From assembly GCA_030699685.1 (NCBI GenBank), contig JAUYLJ010000007.1, positions 1-60,087 of the forward strand: a stretch of DNA of 60,087 nucleotides. The letters run 5' to 3'. Origin of the DNA: a bacterium. Its GTDB lineage: Bacteria; Patescibacteriota; Patescibacteriia; JAHIZJ01. Each line of letters opens with the position of its first letter. The first letter of the stretch is position 1. Position numbers and translations under genes: made by a program. Below are positions 19,617 to 28,251 of the stretch, piece after piece. The notes under the pieces were generated by a model that was not told the DNA's origin, searched no databases, and was given only the letters and a program-made list of their open reading frames with translations.

Positions 19617-20521
19617 CCTCATACCTACAGGTTGTGCCATCCGCGAAGGAGGGCGTGCCTCTCTCCGCACACACCACGTATCGGTTGGGGGGTCCGGCTG
19701 ATTTCTTAGTTGAAGTCAAAACTACGGATGAATTTGTCCAAGCCGTTATCGCGGCGCGGCATTTGGGTTTGCCATTGTTGATTCTGGGTCATGGCAGTAA
19801 CATTCTGGTCGCTGATGTGGGGTTTCGCGGCGTGGTGGTTAAGCTGAAAGCCCAGTCCATCGTCCAAAACGGAAACAGCGTCACGGCTGACGCGGGCGTA
19901 TCGATGGGTCGGCTGGCGCACTGGGCTGTTGACAGGGGATTGGCCGGCATAGAATTCGCGGTCGGTATCCCCGGCACGGTGGGAGGATCGGTGCGCGGAA
20001 ATGCCGGATGCTTCGGCGCGGAGATAAAGGATGTGGTCAGCGTGGTTGAAATATTAACTTCAAAAAACGAACGCCGGACTCTGGCAAACGCGAATTGCGC
20101 GTTCGGATATCGTGATAGTCTGTTTAAACATAGCGACTCCCTTATACTGAATGCCACATTCACGCTACATGATGCTGAGGCCGGTGAAGGGAAAGAGCTT
20201 CTACAACAATGGGGCAAGAAACGATTGGAGGAGCAAGATTTTTCCAAACCATCATCCGGCTGCGCGTTTAAGAACCCGCCGGGAAACGCCGCGGGAAAGA
20301 TGATCGACGATCTTGGTCTGAAAGGATTGAAGATCGGCGGCGCGCAAGTTTCCGAACGTCACGCGAACTTTCTTATCCATGACGGTAGCGCCAAGGCGGC
20401 CGACGTGCTTGAGCTCCTGAAACAGGTTCGTAGTAAGGTGAAAGATCGCTATGGTATCGAACTTGAACCCGAAATCATGCTGGCTGGATTCTCTGAAGAG
20501 GAGCTCAAGGGGATAGGATAG
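19613..20521 (+). CDS. murB: UDP-N-acetylenolpyruvoylglucosamine reductase
   Basis: FAD-binding PCMH domain (GGPADF, GHGSNIL), SGCAFKNP, and an ATGA overlap with murC. Confidence 0.92.
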   Translation: MTSYLQVVPSAKEGVPLSAHTTYRLGGPADFLVEVKTTDEFVQAVIAARHLGLPLLILGHGSNILVADVGFRGVVVKLKAQSIVQNGNSVTADAGVSMGRLAHWAVDRGLAGIEFAVGIPGTVGGSVRGNAGCFGAEIKDVVSVVEILTSKNERRTLANANCAFGYRDSLFKHSDSLILNATFTLHDAEAGEGKELLQQWGKKRLEEQDFSKPSSGCAFKNPPGNAAGKMIDDLGLKGLKIGGAQVSERHANFLIHDGSAKAADVLELLKQVRSKVKDRYGIELEPEIMLAGFSEEELKGIG

Positions 20522-20828
20522 AGGAGTGATATAGTGACATCAACAACGCGCGGGCGAGGAAAGCCTGACCCGGACTTGACCCGGGGATCACCCTCGCCTG
20601 TTTTGTATACAACATGGAACCCAGTCATGTGCAAGCAAGAGCACTTCGAAAAGTAGCAAAATCCGTCTTCGTCTCTTGCTATGTATCACAAGGCTACTCA
20701 TCGTTATGACAATGAATATCCTTTCAGGATTTTCATCGGGACTACGGCGGATTATTTGCGTCGGCTTTGCTACCGTTTATCATTACATTTAACTACTTAA
20801 CACGACATAACTATTGCTGGTTCGATGC

Positions 20829-20863
20829 AAATAAAAATAAAGCCACCGTGGTGAAACGGTGGC
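20829..20863 (-). terminator. Strong rho-independent terminator for the minus-strand two-gene insert
   Basis: The minus strand reads GCCACCGT-ttcacc-ACGGTGGC followed by TTTATTTTTATTT, 13 nt after the TGA at 20876. Confidence 0.8.
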
Positions 20864-20875
20864 GGGCGCGCCGGG

Positions 20876-21067
20876 TCAGCGGCCCCGAAGAGCGTCGTCG
20901 ATGGACTGAAGGTGCTTGGCCATGCGGGATCGCTCCCAGGGGGCCAGCCCATTCATTTTCGCCAGCTCTCTCAGGTGGCGTTGCGTGCTACGATCGACAG
21001 CCGAGCTGGCTGGCTGACCGTAGTACTTCTTCGGCCATGGCTTCGGCGGGTTTTTTACTTTCCGCAC
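20876..21067 (-). CDS. Small basic hypothetical protein (63 aa), second gene of a G+C-rich bicistron
   Basis: The GTG start lies 5 nt after a perfect AGGAGG that begins inside the upstream TAG. The terminator follows. Confidence 0.55.
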   Translation of the reverse strand: MRKVKNPPKPWPKKYYGQPASSAVDRSTQRHLRELAKMNGLAPWERSRMAKHLQSIDDALRGR

Positions 21068-21075
21068 CGAGCCTC

Positions 21076-21291
21076 CTAGCGGCAGTGACGCCGGGCGGCG
21101 TCGATCAGGTTGAGATCTCTCATGATGGCGGGAAACATGTCATCGGGAATGGTGCGGGTGGCTGTAGCGATGCCGATACGACGACGGAAGTCGTCGACAC
21201 AGACGCGGCGTCCATGCCGCCCAGCCTGACTAGCCCCATCCTCGGTCTGTTCCTTTTTCACAAGAGACTCGGGAAGATCACTGAGTTTCAT
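21076..21291 (-). CDS. Small hypothetical protein (71 aa), first gene of a G+C-rich bicistron
   Basis: ATG (MKLSDLPESL) preceded by GGGGG. No family recognised. Confidence 0.55.
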   Translation of the reverse strand: MKLSDLPESLVKKEQTEDGASQAGRHGRRVCVDDFRRRIGIATATRTIPDDMFPAIMRDLNLIDAARRHCR

Positions 21292-21479
21292 CGTAACCCC
21301 CAAAAAAGGTCCATCTTTTTTTCAACGCAGGCACCCCGGATACATCCTGTTACCTGCTTCGATGTTTCGTAGATTACTAGAATATTCTGTTTTTGTCAAG
21401 GTCTTTAAGTTTGCCAGATCAGCCAGCTCGTTTTGTAATACGTTGTTTACTCGACTGGCGTGTGCATACATTCAATGTG

Positions 21480-21508
21480 TTGACTGGTGAGAGAAAGTGG
21501 TGTAAAAT
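21480..21508 (+). promoter_or_regulatory. mraZ (dcw) promoter TTGACT-17-TAAAAT
   Basis: TTGACT at 21480-85 and TAAAAT at 21503-08, preceded by TG (an extended -10). Confidence 0.7.
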
Positions 21509-21543
21509 GGATTCAGAGTGGTTGAAAGTGGATAAATGTGGGG
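21494..21543 (+). promoter_or_regulatory. Array of MraZ-box-like GTGG repeats with ~10-bp phasing
   Basis: aaaGTGG at 21497, aATGG at 21507, gaGTGG at 21518, aaaGTGG at 21528 and atGTGGG at 21538. Spacings are 10, 11, 10 and 10 nt. Confidence 0.65.
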
Positions 21544-21592
21544 ATAACCACCCTCAAGAGTGGATAACCAATTCCTCAAAGCGAATTGCGCT

Positions 21593-22024
21593 ATGTTTAT
21601 CGGTGAATACCATCACAATATCGATGACAAAGGACGGCTGGCCGTCCCGGTTAAGTTTCGTTCGGAATTAGCCAAAGGCGCCGTGGTGACGCGAGGTTTG
21701 GATCATTGTCTGTTTCTGTATACAAAAGATGAGTGGGAGAAGCTGGCCGCTAAATTGGCTCAGTTGCCGATCAGCCAAGCAAACACGAGAGCCTTTGCCC
21801 GGCTAATGCTGGCCGGAGCCATGGATGTTGACGTGGATAAACAGGGGAGAGTGATCTTGCCTGATTATCTGCGCAAATACGCCACGATCAAGAAGAAGGT
21901 CGTTGTGGCCGGACTCTACAACCGCATGGAGCTCTGGGACGCGCAGGCCTGGGAAAAATACAAGTTGGGGACCGAGCGGAATTCCGGCGATATCGCAGAA
22001 GCCCTTGGAGAACTTGGAGTCTAA
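21593..22024 (+). CDS. mraZ: Transcriptional regulator MraZ
   Basis: MFIGEYHHNIDDKGRLAVPVKFR plus a second DKQGRVILP repeat. Start trimmed from the track GTG at 21560. Confidence 0.93.
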   Translation: MFIGEYHHNIDDKGRLAVPVKFRSELAKGAVVTRGLDHCLFLYTKDEWEKLAAKLAQLPISQANTRAFARLMLAGAMDVDVDKQGRVILPDYLRKYATIKKKVVVAGLYNRMELWDAQAWEKYKLGTERNSGDIAEALGELGV

Positions 22025-23000
22025 GACAGCTTCTCATTCAAAAGAGGCAAGCCATATACCGGTTCTGCTTGAAGAAACGATTGACGCCCTCAATGTTCAG
22101 CCCGGCGACAACGCGATAGACGGAACGATCGGCGGGGGAGGGCACTCGGCGGAAATACTGAAGCATTCGTCGCCCAGTGGGCAGCTCATCGGACTGGATA
22201 GTGATACCACGGCCATTCGTCACGCAACGGAGCGTCTACAGCCGTTTGCCGGACGCGTCCACATCATCCAAGCCAACTATTCGAAACTCAAACAAATTCG
22301 CGATGAACAATTTCCAAATCTTCCAATTCGCTCTGTTCTACTCGATCTTGGCCTATCATCACTTGAGCTCGAAGATCGCGATAGGGGATTTTCTTTCCTA
22401 AACGATACAGCACCGCTTGATATGCGGTTTTCCAAAGAGGGGCGAACCGCAGCGGATATTCTGAACACTGCCCCAAAAAACTTCCTTAAAAATATACTTT
22501 CGGAGTACGGCCAAGAAAACTATACTCGCCAAATCGCCGACGAAATCCTCCGCGTCAGGCAAAAACAAAAATTTTCCACAGTGGGCGATCTGGTAGCGGC
22601 CGTACTCCGGGTATATAGAGAGACGCTTCATTCCAAATCCGATATTCCGTGGATTGGGGGTCGGCATCCGGCCACGAAGACTTTCCAAGCACTTCGCATG
22701 GCGGTCAATGACGAGCTGTCGCATCTGGAAAACGGACTCGAACAGGCGATCGACGTCCTGGAGTCCGGCGGGCGGCTGGCTATCATCAGTTTTCACTCCG
22801 GAGAAGACCGAATCGTGAAAGAATTCTTTCGGAAAGAAAGCCGAGACTGCCTATGTCCTCCCGAAGTGCCGGTGTGCCGGTGCGGCCATCACGCTCGGCT
22901 GAAGATAATCACGCGAAAAGTCGTCCAACCCGGCCGTAACGAAATAAAACATAATCCGCGCGCTCGCAGCGCCAAGCTCAGAGTCGCAGAAAAAAAATAA
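22005..23000 (+). CDS. rsmH: 16S rRNA (cytosine1402-N4)-methyltransferase RsmH. The start is uncertain (TTG at 22005 or 22014).
   Basis: HIPVLLEETIDAL, DGTIGGGGHS, LLDLGLSS and SFHSGEDR. The long track ORF from 21903 overlaps mraZ. Confidence 0.9.
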   Translation: MENLESKTASHSKEASHIPVLLEETIDALNVQPGDNAIDGTIGGGGHSAEILKHSSPSGQLIGLDSDTTAIRHATERLQPFAGRVHIIQANYSKLKQIRDEQFPNLPIRSVLLDLGLSSLELEDRDRGFSFLNDTAPLDMRFSKEGRTAADILNTAPKNFLKNILSEYGQENYTRQIADEILRVRQKQKFSTVGDLVAAVLRVYRETLHSKSDIPWIGGRHPATKTFQALRMAVNDELSHLENGLEQAIDVLESGGRLAIISFHSGEDRIVKEFFRKESRDCLCPPEVPVCRCGHHARLKIITRKVVQPGRNEIKHNPRARSAKLRVAEKK

Positions 23001-23007
23001 GAGTCCA

Positions 23008-23373
23008 ATGTCCAAATTTTTCTGGCTCAGTCCAGCCAACCGAAAAAAGCACGTCAATGACAAGAAAGGAGTTCCCCAAAAATTCCGGTTGACCCAATCT
23101 AGGGTGAATTTATTGTTGTTTATTGCTATACTGGTGTTAGGCGCGGCGTATCTGGTGCAAGTCAATCGAACCGCCACCAGCGGATTCGCCGTAGAGGATT
23201 TGGACTCAGAGATCGGCCAATTGCAAGAGTCGCACCGAAAACTGGAATTACAGGTAGCGGAGCTGCAGTCGCTGCAGCGGATCAAAGCGGCCAGTGACAG
23301 ACTTGATCTCGTGGCGACTACCGCGCCAATATATCTTCAGGCGAGTGCCGGCGTGGTAGCGATCGAAAAATAA
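23008..23373 (+). CDS. ftsL: FtsL-like cell division protein
   Basis: 121 aa with a single TM (LLLFIAILVLGAAYLV) followed by a coiled coil. It sits between rsmH and ftsI. Confidence 0.6.
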   Translation: MSKFFWLSPANRKKHVNDKKGVPQKFRLTQSRVNLLLFIAILVLGAAYLVQVNRTATSGFAVEDLDSEIGQLQESHRKLELQVAELQSLQRIKAASDRLDLVATTAPIYLQASAGVVAIEK

Positions 23374-23470
23374 GGCGCACCCGCGTCGACATGGCGAGCC
23401 GAAGAGGAGCAAGGATGCCAGACGAATGTACGTTTCGACGCTTTGACTCACCATTGATTGAATAGACGGA

Positions 23471-25237
23471 ATGCCAACTGTTTGGCGTAAACGGAAAAAA
23501 CATAGCAAGGGAAAAACCACCAAAAGCTTTGACAGGCTGACTTTTTTAAGCTGCGTGATTTTTCTTTTTGTCGGCGTAATCGTCTATCGTTTGTTTACGC
23601 TTCAGGTATTGCAGCATCCTTTTTATGAAGCGTTGGCGTCAGGGCAGCATGATATTTATGAAGATCTGTATCCCGAGCGGGGTGAAATATTTGTCAGGGA
23701 CAGGTATTCTGAAGATGAGCGCTATCCCATAGCGACCAATAAAACGTTCAAGCAGGTCTACGCGGTTCCCAAACAAGTGGATGATCCGAGGGCAAGCGCC
23801 GAAAAACTTGCTTCCTTTCTGGAAATGGAAGAAGAAGAGATTCTGAAACGGTTGGAAAAAGAAGATGATTTATACGAACCCTTACAGCGACAGGTTCCGG
23901 AAGAGCGGGCTGAGCAAATCGCCGCGTTGAATCTGGCAGGCATTAAGTTTACCGATGAAAGCTACCGATATTACCCCGAGGGTCGAATATTCAGCCATGT
24001 GCTGGGGTTTGTTGGTTACCAAGGCGACGTGAGGAAGGGGCAATATGGAATCGAAGGGTACTTTGATGAAGTATTGACCGGAGCGCCCGGGTTTTTTCAG
24101 GCTCAGTATGATTCCGGCGGACGCTGGATTACCGTGGGTGACACGGAGTTTCAGGAAGCCAAAGATGGGTCGGATATCGTGCTGACTATAGACCGGACTG
24201 TCCAGTTCACCGCTTGCGAGAAACTCGCGGCGGCAGTTGAGCGGCACGGCGCGGATTCCGGAAGCCTGGTAATCATGAACCCGAAAACTGGCGCGGTCCT
24301 GGCCATGTGCAACGTGCCTGACTTCGATCCTAATGTCTATAATGAGGTCGAAGATGCCAATGCCTACATCAATCGGGCAACCTATATCCAGTATGAGCCG
24401 GGCTCAGTGTTCAAACCAATCACCATGGCTGCCGCGCTAAATGAAGGGGTGGTGGGTCCGAATACCAAATACGTCGATGAAGGTGAAGTGAAGATAGGCA
24501 AGTACACCATCCGAAACGCCGACAACAAGACTTATGGAGAACAGACGATGACCCAGGTTCTGGAAGAGTCCATCAATACTGGAGTCATGCACGCCGAGTC
24601 TAAGGTCGGGAATGAAAAGTTTTTTGATTACGTTTCAGCCTTTGGTTTCGGGCAGGTTTCGGGAATCGCCCTGCACTCTGAAACATCCGGTGACATCACT
24701 TCGTTGGAAAAATTGCAAGATATTTACGCGGCGACAGCTTCATTTGGTCACGGCATCACCGTCACGCCGCTTCAACTGGTCACGGCGTATTCGGCAATCG
24801 CCAATGGAGGCACCCTTTTCCAGCCCTACATTGTCGACCAGATTGCCCATCCGGACGGCAGTGTTGACATAACCCAGCCTCAAGAAGTGCGTCAGGTTAT
24901 TTCATCAAAAACCGCCGCCACTTTAGGCGCCATGCTTGTACGGGTGGTGGAAAATGGACATGGACAGCGCGCTGGCGTGGAAGGATACTATATTGCCGGG
25001 AAGACTGGCACTGCCCAAATTCCACTGACTGACCGTCCCGGATACGATCCAAACAAGACAATCGGCAGCTTCGCCGGATTTGGTCCGGTTGATGATCCGG
25101 TCTTTGCCATGATCGTAAAAATCGACGTGCCAAAAGACGTCATTTGGGCCGAGAGCTCAGCCGCGCCGCTCTTTGGCGATATCGCTGAGTTTTTGCTGCA
25201 ATACTATGAAGTTCCGCCAACTCGAACCGCCGAATAA
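23471..25237 (+). CDS. ftsI: Penicillin-binding protein (FtsI/PBP2-type transpeptidase)
   Basis: N-terminal TM and a dimerisation domain. Transpeptidase motifs are SVFK (SxxK), SIN (SxN) and KTGT. Confidence 0.9.
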   Translation: MPTVWRKRKKHSKGKTTKSFDRLTFLSCVIFLFVGVIVYRLFTLQVLQHPFYEALASGQHDIYEDLYPERGEIFVRDRYSEDERYPIATNKTFKQVYAVPKQVDDPRASAEKLASFLEMEEEEILKRLEKEDDLYEPLQRQVPEERAEQIAALNLAGIKFTDESYRYYPEGRIFSHVLGFVGYQGDVRKGQYGIEGYFDEVLTGAPGFFQAQYDSGGRWITVGDTEFQEAKDGSDIVLTIDRTVQFTACEKLAAAVERHGADSGSLVIMNPKTGAVLAMCNVPDFDPNVYNEVEDANAYINRATYIQYEPGSVFKPITMAAALNEGVVGPNTKYVDEGEVKIGKYTIRNADNKTYGEQTMTQVLEESINTGVMHAESKVGNEKFFDYVSAFGFGQVSGIALHSETSGDITSLEKLQDIYAATASFGHGITVTPLQLVTAYSAIANGGTLFQPYIVDQIAHPDGSVDITQPQEVRQVISSKTAATLGAMLVRVVENGHGQRAGVEGYYIAGKTGTAQIPLTDRPGYDPNKTIGSFAGFGPVDDPVFAMIVKIDVPKDVIWAESSAAPLFGDIAEFLLQYYEVPPTRTAE

Positions 25238-25246
25238 GGAACTGTT

Positions 25247-26530
25247 GTGAAACGCTTACTTCAATCAATACTTGCGTCGCTGGCGCGCGGCATCCTCCGG
25301 CGATACCAGCCGAAAGTCGTGGCCGTGACGGGGAGTGTTGGCAAGACCTCGGCCAAAGAAGCGATTGCTTTGGTTTTGGGAAAAAAATTCCTTGTTCGAA
25401 AAAGCGGCAAAAATTACAATAATGAAATTGGCGTTCCTCTGACCGTGATCGGCATCGATTCTGGAAACCGCAATCCCTTTGCCTGGTTCAGCATAATCGC
25501 CAAAGCCTGGGCATTGACCCATGGTCCCAAAAAAGAATATCCGGAAGTGCTTGTGATGGAGCTGGGCGCCGATCATCCCGGCGACATTCGGTTTTTAACC
25601 AATTTAGTTTCTCCAGAAATCGGGGTTGTCACGGCCGTTGGACCCGTCCATCTGGAATTTTTTTCCACCATAGAAAAGGTGGCCAATGAAAAAGGAGAGC
25701 TGATCAAGGGTTTGCCCCAAAAGGGCTGGGCAATCCTCAATGCCGATGACGATCTGGTCGTGCCAATGAAGGAAGCTTCCAACGCGCAAAAATTAACATA
25801 TGGTTTCGGTGAAAAAGCCGATGTGCGTTTGACGGATATCACTGTTGTATACGATACGCTCCCGCCCCACTGGCCGAAGGGAATGAGAGGGAAAATAATC
25901 CACGCGGGCAATGTCGTACCAGTGGCTTTTCCGGGCATTATTGGACGCCATCAACTATACTCGCCTATGGCCGCGGTGGCGGTCGGATTGAGCATGGGTA
26001 TGCATTTGATTGAAATCACAAAGTCACTGTCAGAATACCGTTCTCCGGCCGGCCGCATGAATCTGATTCCGGGTATAAAAAAAACAATGTTGATTGATGA
26101 TTCATATAACTCATCACCGGTGGCGGCTGAAGAAGCGCTTGAAACGATTCAGCATATTCAATCCAAAGGAAGTAAATACGCGGCGCTTGGAGATATGGCG
26201 GAACTTGGCCAGTACACCGAAACCGGGCATGAAGAAGTCGGCGTGGTCGCTTCACATTCCGTGGATTTCATTATCACCGTAGGGGAAAAATCACGGACAA
26301 TCGCCCAAGCGGCTCTATCTCAGGGTTTCCCGAAGGATCGGGTCTTCCGCTTTGATTACGCTCAAGAGGCGGGGAAGTTTTTGCAGCATAGGATAAAGCC
26401 GGGGGACATCCTATTGATCAAGGGATCGCAAGTAGCGAGGATGGAGAAGGTGACTAAAGAACTTATGGCGGAACCATTGCGCGCGACTCAGCTGCTGGTT
26501 CGACAAAGTCCGAAGTGGCTGAAGAAATAG
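25247..26530 (+). CDS. murF: UDP-N-acetylmuramoyl-tripeptide--D-alanyl-D-alanine ligase
   Basis: Mur ligase P-loop TGSVGKTS and a C-terminal Mur ligase domain. It follows ftsI. Confidence 0.88.
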   Translation: MKRLLQSILASLARGILRRYQPKVVAVTGSVGKTSAKEAIALVLGKKFLVRKSGKNYNNEIGVPLTVIGIDSGNRNPFAWFSIIAKAWALTHGPKKEYPEVLVMELGADHPGDIRFLTNLVSPEIGVVTAVGPVHLEFFSTIEKVANEKGELIKGLPQKGWAILNADDDLVVPMKEASNAQKLTYGFGEKADVRLTDITVVYDTLPPHWPKGMRGKIIHAGNVVPVAFPGIIGRHQLYSPMAAVAVGLSMGMHLIEITKSLSEYRSPAGRMNLIPGIKKTMLIDDSYNSSPVAAEEALETIQHIQSKGSKYAALGDMAELGQYTETGHEEVGVVASHSVDFIITVGEKSRTIAQAALSQGFPKDRVFRFDYAQEAGKFLQHRIKPGDILLIKGSQVARMEKVTKELMAEPLRATQLLVRQSPKWLKK

Positions 26531-26622
26531 CGGATATTGACAGTAGCGGGATTTTTGGATAAGGTAATCACGGCAAAACGGAGGAAGCTCCGTTCTTTGT
26601 TGGGCCCGAACGAAAGAGGTAG

Positions 26623-27132
26623 ATGATGAAGGTAAGTAAATTGCTGGCCATCCTTGGCCAGGAGGCGACGGATCAAGATCGGCGAGCGGCCTACGCCTTC
26701 GTGGCCGACCATCCTGCCTGGCATCCGGTCGTGAGAGCGCTCTGCGCCGGTCAAGACGACTGGGACCTACGGAGGTTGGAGACTGAGGTTATCGCCCCGT
26801 CAGAGTTGGAGCTGGCCCAAGGCGTAGTCCACTTCACCAAGATCGCGCAGGTGTTCTTCGCGGCGAATGTTTCTCCCCGCGCCAAGCTCCCACTCCATCC
26901 GTCGGTCCAGAAAAAGGGGGACGATGAGAAGAAGGCCATCCGCGCCAGCTGGGAAGACGACGTCTTGCCCAAGATCCTCGAGGTCACCGGCAAGAAGCAG
27001 TTCCCGGCCGCGGCGAGGGCGGTAGTGAAGGAGCAGGGGAACTACAGCGCAGCTGTCAGGTGGCTGCAAGAACAGGGCGTGTCGGGCAGCTTCTCTCTCA
27101 TCCGCTCCAAGATCGTGGAAGCGCACCAGTGA
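26623..27132 (+). CDS. G+C-rich orphan hypothetical protein (169 aa)
   Basis: It has an RBS (AGAGG) and its own terminator. No family recognised. Confidence 0.5.
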   Translation: MMKVSKLLAILGQEATDQDRRAAYAFVADHPAWHPVVRALCAGQDDWDLRRLETEVIAPSELELAQGVVHFTKIAQVFFAANVSPRAKLPLHPSVQKKGDDEKKAIRASWEDDVLPKILEVTGKKQFPAAARAVVKEQGNYSAAVRWLQEQGVSGSFSLIRSKIVEAHQ

Positions 27133-27155
27133 CACGTGGTACGCGCAAGCGACAT

Positions 27156-27184
27156 AGCCGAAACATGGTTTCGGCTTTTTCTTT
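27156..27184 (+). terminator. Rho-independent terminator
   Basis: AGCCGAAAC-atg-GTTTCGGCT followed by TTTTTCTTT. Confidence 0.8.
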
Positions 27185-27210
27185 ACATTCAAGAGTCTAG
27201 CAAGTATAAT
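27182..27210 (+). promoter_or_regulatory. Promoter TTTACA-17-TATAAT for the asparaginase-like operon
   Basis: TTTACA at 27182-87 and TATAAT at 27205-10. Confidence 0.6.
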
Positions 27211-27246
27211 ACAGCCGTCGGTATAAACTACGACGGCGCAAAGATT

Positions 27247-28251
27247 ATGGCCTTGCCACGTCCGAAAATTGGACTGATATTTTCCGGCGGCTCTATCCTG
27301 ATGAGCCGGTCTGGGAAAGTGATCAGCGTCACCGCGGCGAAAGACATGCGGGGCTGGGTGTCAGAGGTGCCTGAGCTGAAGGTCATAGCGGATCTTGAGC
27401 CGATCTTTGTTTTTGGCGGGAAGACTGAAACTATTTCGCCGAGTATTTGGCAAAAGCTGGCTAAAGAAGTGCGGAGACACTACAGGAAAGTTGATGGTTT
27501 TGTTGTTACGCATTCGCCGGATACCATCGGTTATACCGGAGCGGCGCTGAGTTTTATGCTTCAGAATCTGGGCAAACCGGTTGTGTTGACGGGTGCGAAA
27601 GAAGGAGTCGTCAAGAAAAGGATTATTAATCGCGTATTCCGTCCTTTCCGCACCTACGGGATCAGGGCAAACTTGGTCAACGCGGTCCAGGTCGCGACTA
27701 TGGATATTGCCGAAGTGGCCGTGATGACGGGAAGCCGTTTGGTGCGCGCGACCCAGCTGGTCTCGAGCCAGCAGTCGGAACAAGATGGCGTGGGCATGGG
27801 AGTGCTTGGGCAGATCAATTTCGGGATTTCGCTGGAACTGGAGCATCAGCGCCGGCGCAAAACAGCTCTGGTATTCCGACCTGATATTGACGAGCGTGTG
27901 TTTGTTATTCAAATGCATCCCGGCATGAACACTCCGTCTTTGCTTTCATCGGTGCCTACTGACGCCCATGCTTTGCTGATTCGCGGAGTTGAAGCGGCCG
28001 CGTCCAAAGATGATATGAAAGCGGTCCTGTCTTTGGCGGATGAGCGCCAGATTCCCGTTTTTCTTGAGTCGGACGAATCAACCAGGCTGAAAAACGACAA
28101 ACGTATTATTTCTTTGCCGCTGATGGAAGCTGAAACATCGCTTGTGAAAACGATGTGGGCCATGGGGCAAAGCAGCTCCATCGCTGAGTTGAGAGAGATG
28201 ATGGATGAAAATTTTGCCCATGAAAACCTGGAAGAGGAGATCGGCAAATGA
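27247..28251 (+). CDS. L-asparaginase/GatD-family protein with a degenerate catalytic motif
   Basis: Type I asparaginase architecture (KIGLIFSGGSI..., VVTHSPDTIGYTGAAL, PVVLTGA). TGGT is replaced by SGGS and HGTDT by HSPDT. Start placed after the upstream terminator. Confidence 0.7.
   Translation: MALPRPKIGLIFSGGSILMSRSGKVISVTAAKDMRGWVSEVPELKVIADLEPIFVFGGKTETISPSIWQKLAKEVRRHYRKVDGFVVTHSPDTIGYTGAALSFMLQNLGKPVVLTGAKEGVVKKRIINRVFRPFRTYGIRANLVNAVQVATMDIAEVAVMTGSRLVRATQLVSSQQSEQDGVGMGVLGQINFGISLELEHQRRRKTALVFRPDIDERVFVIQMHPGMNTPSLLSSVPTDAHALLIRGVEAAASKDDMKAVLSLADERQIPVFLESDESTRLKNDKRIISLPLMEAETSLVKTMWAMGQSSSIAELREMMDENFAHENLEEEIGK

Noticed and set aside
20545-20600. GCGAGGAAAGCCTGACCCGG resembles the RNase P RNA CR-I motif (GAGGAAAGUCCGGGC)
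   Set aside because: The other universally conserved RNase P elements (the ACAGAA.CCGGCUUA partner of P4 and the GGUAA/GNRA modules) are absent. The free region is also too short, so it is more likely the murB terminator hairpin.
20767-21372. 201-aa plus-strand ORF covering the murB-mraZ insert
   Set aside because: The terminator, the AGGAGG RBS and the start contexts all support the two minus-strand genes. The plus-strand ORF has no RBS or terminator and a low-complexity Ala/Gly/Ser composition.
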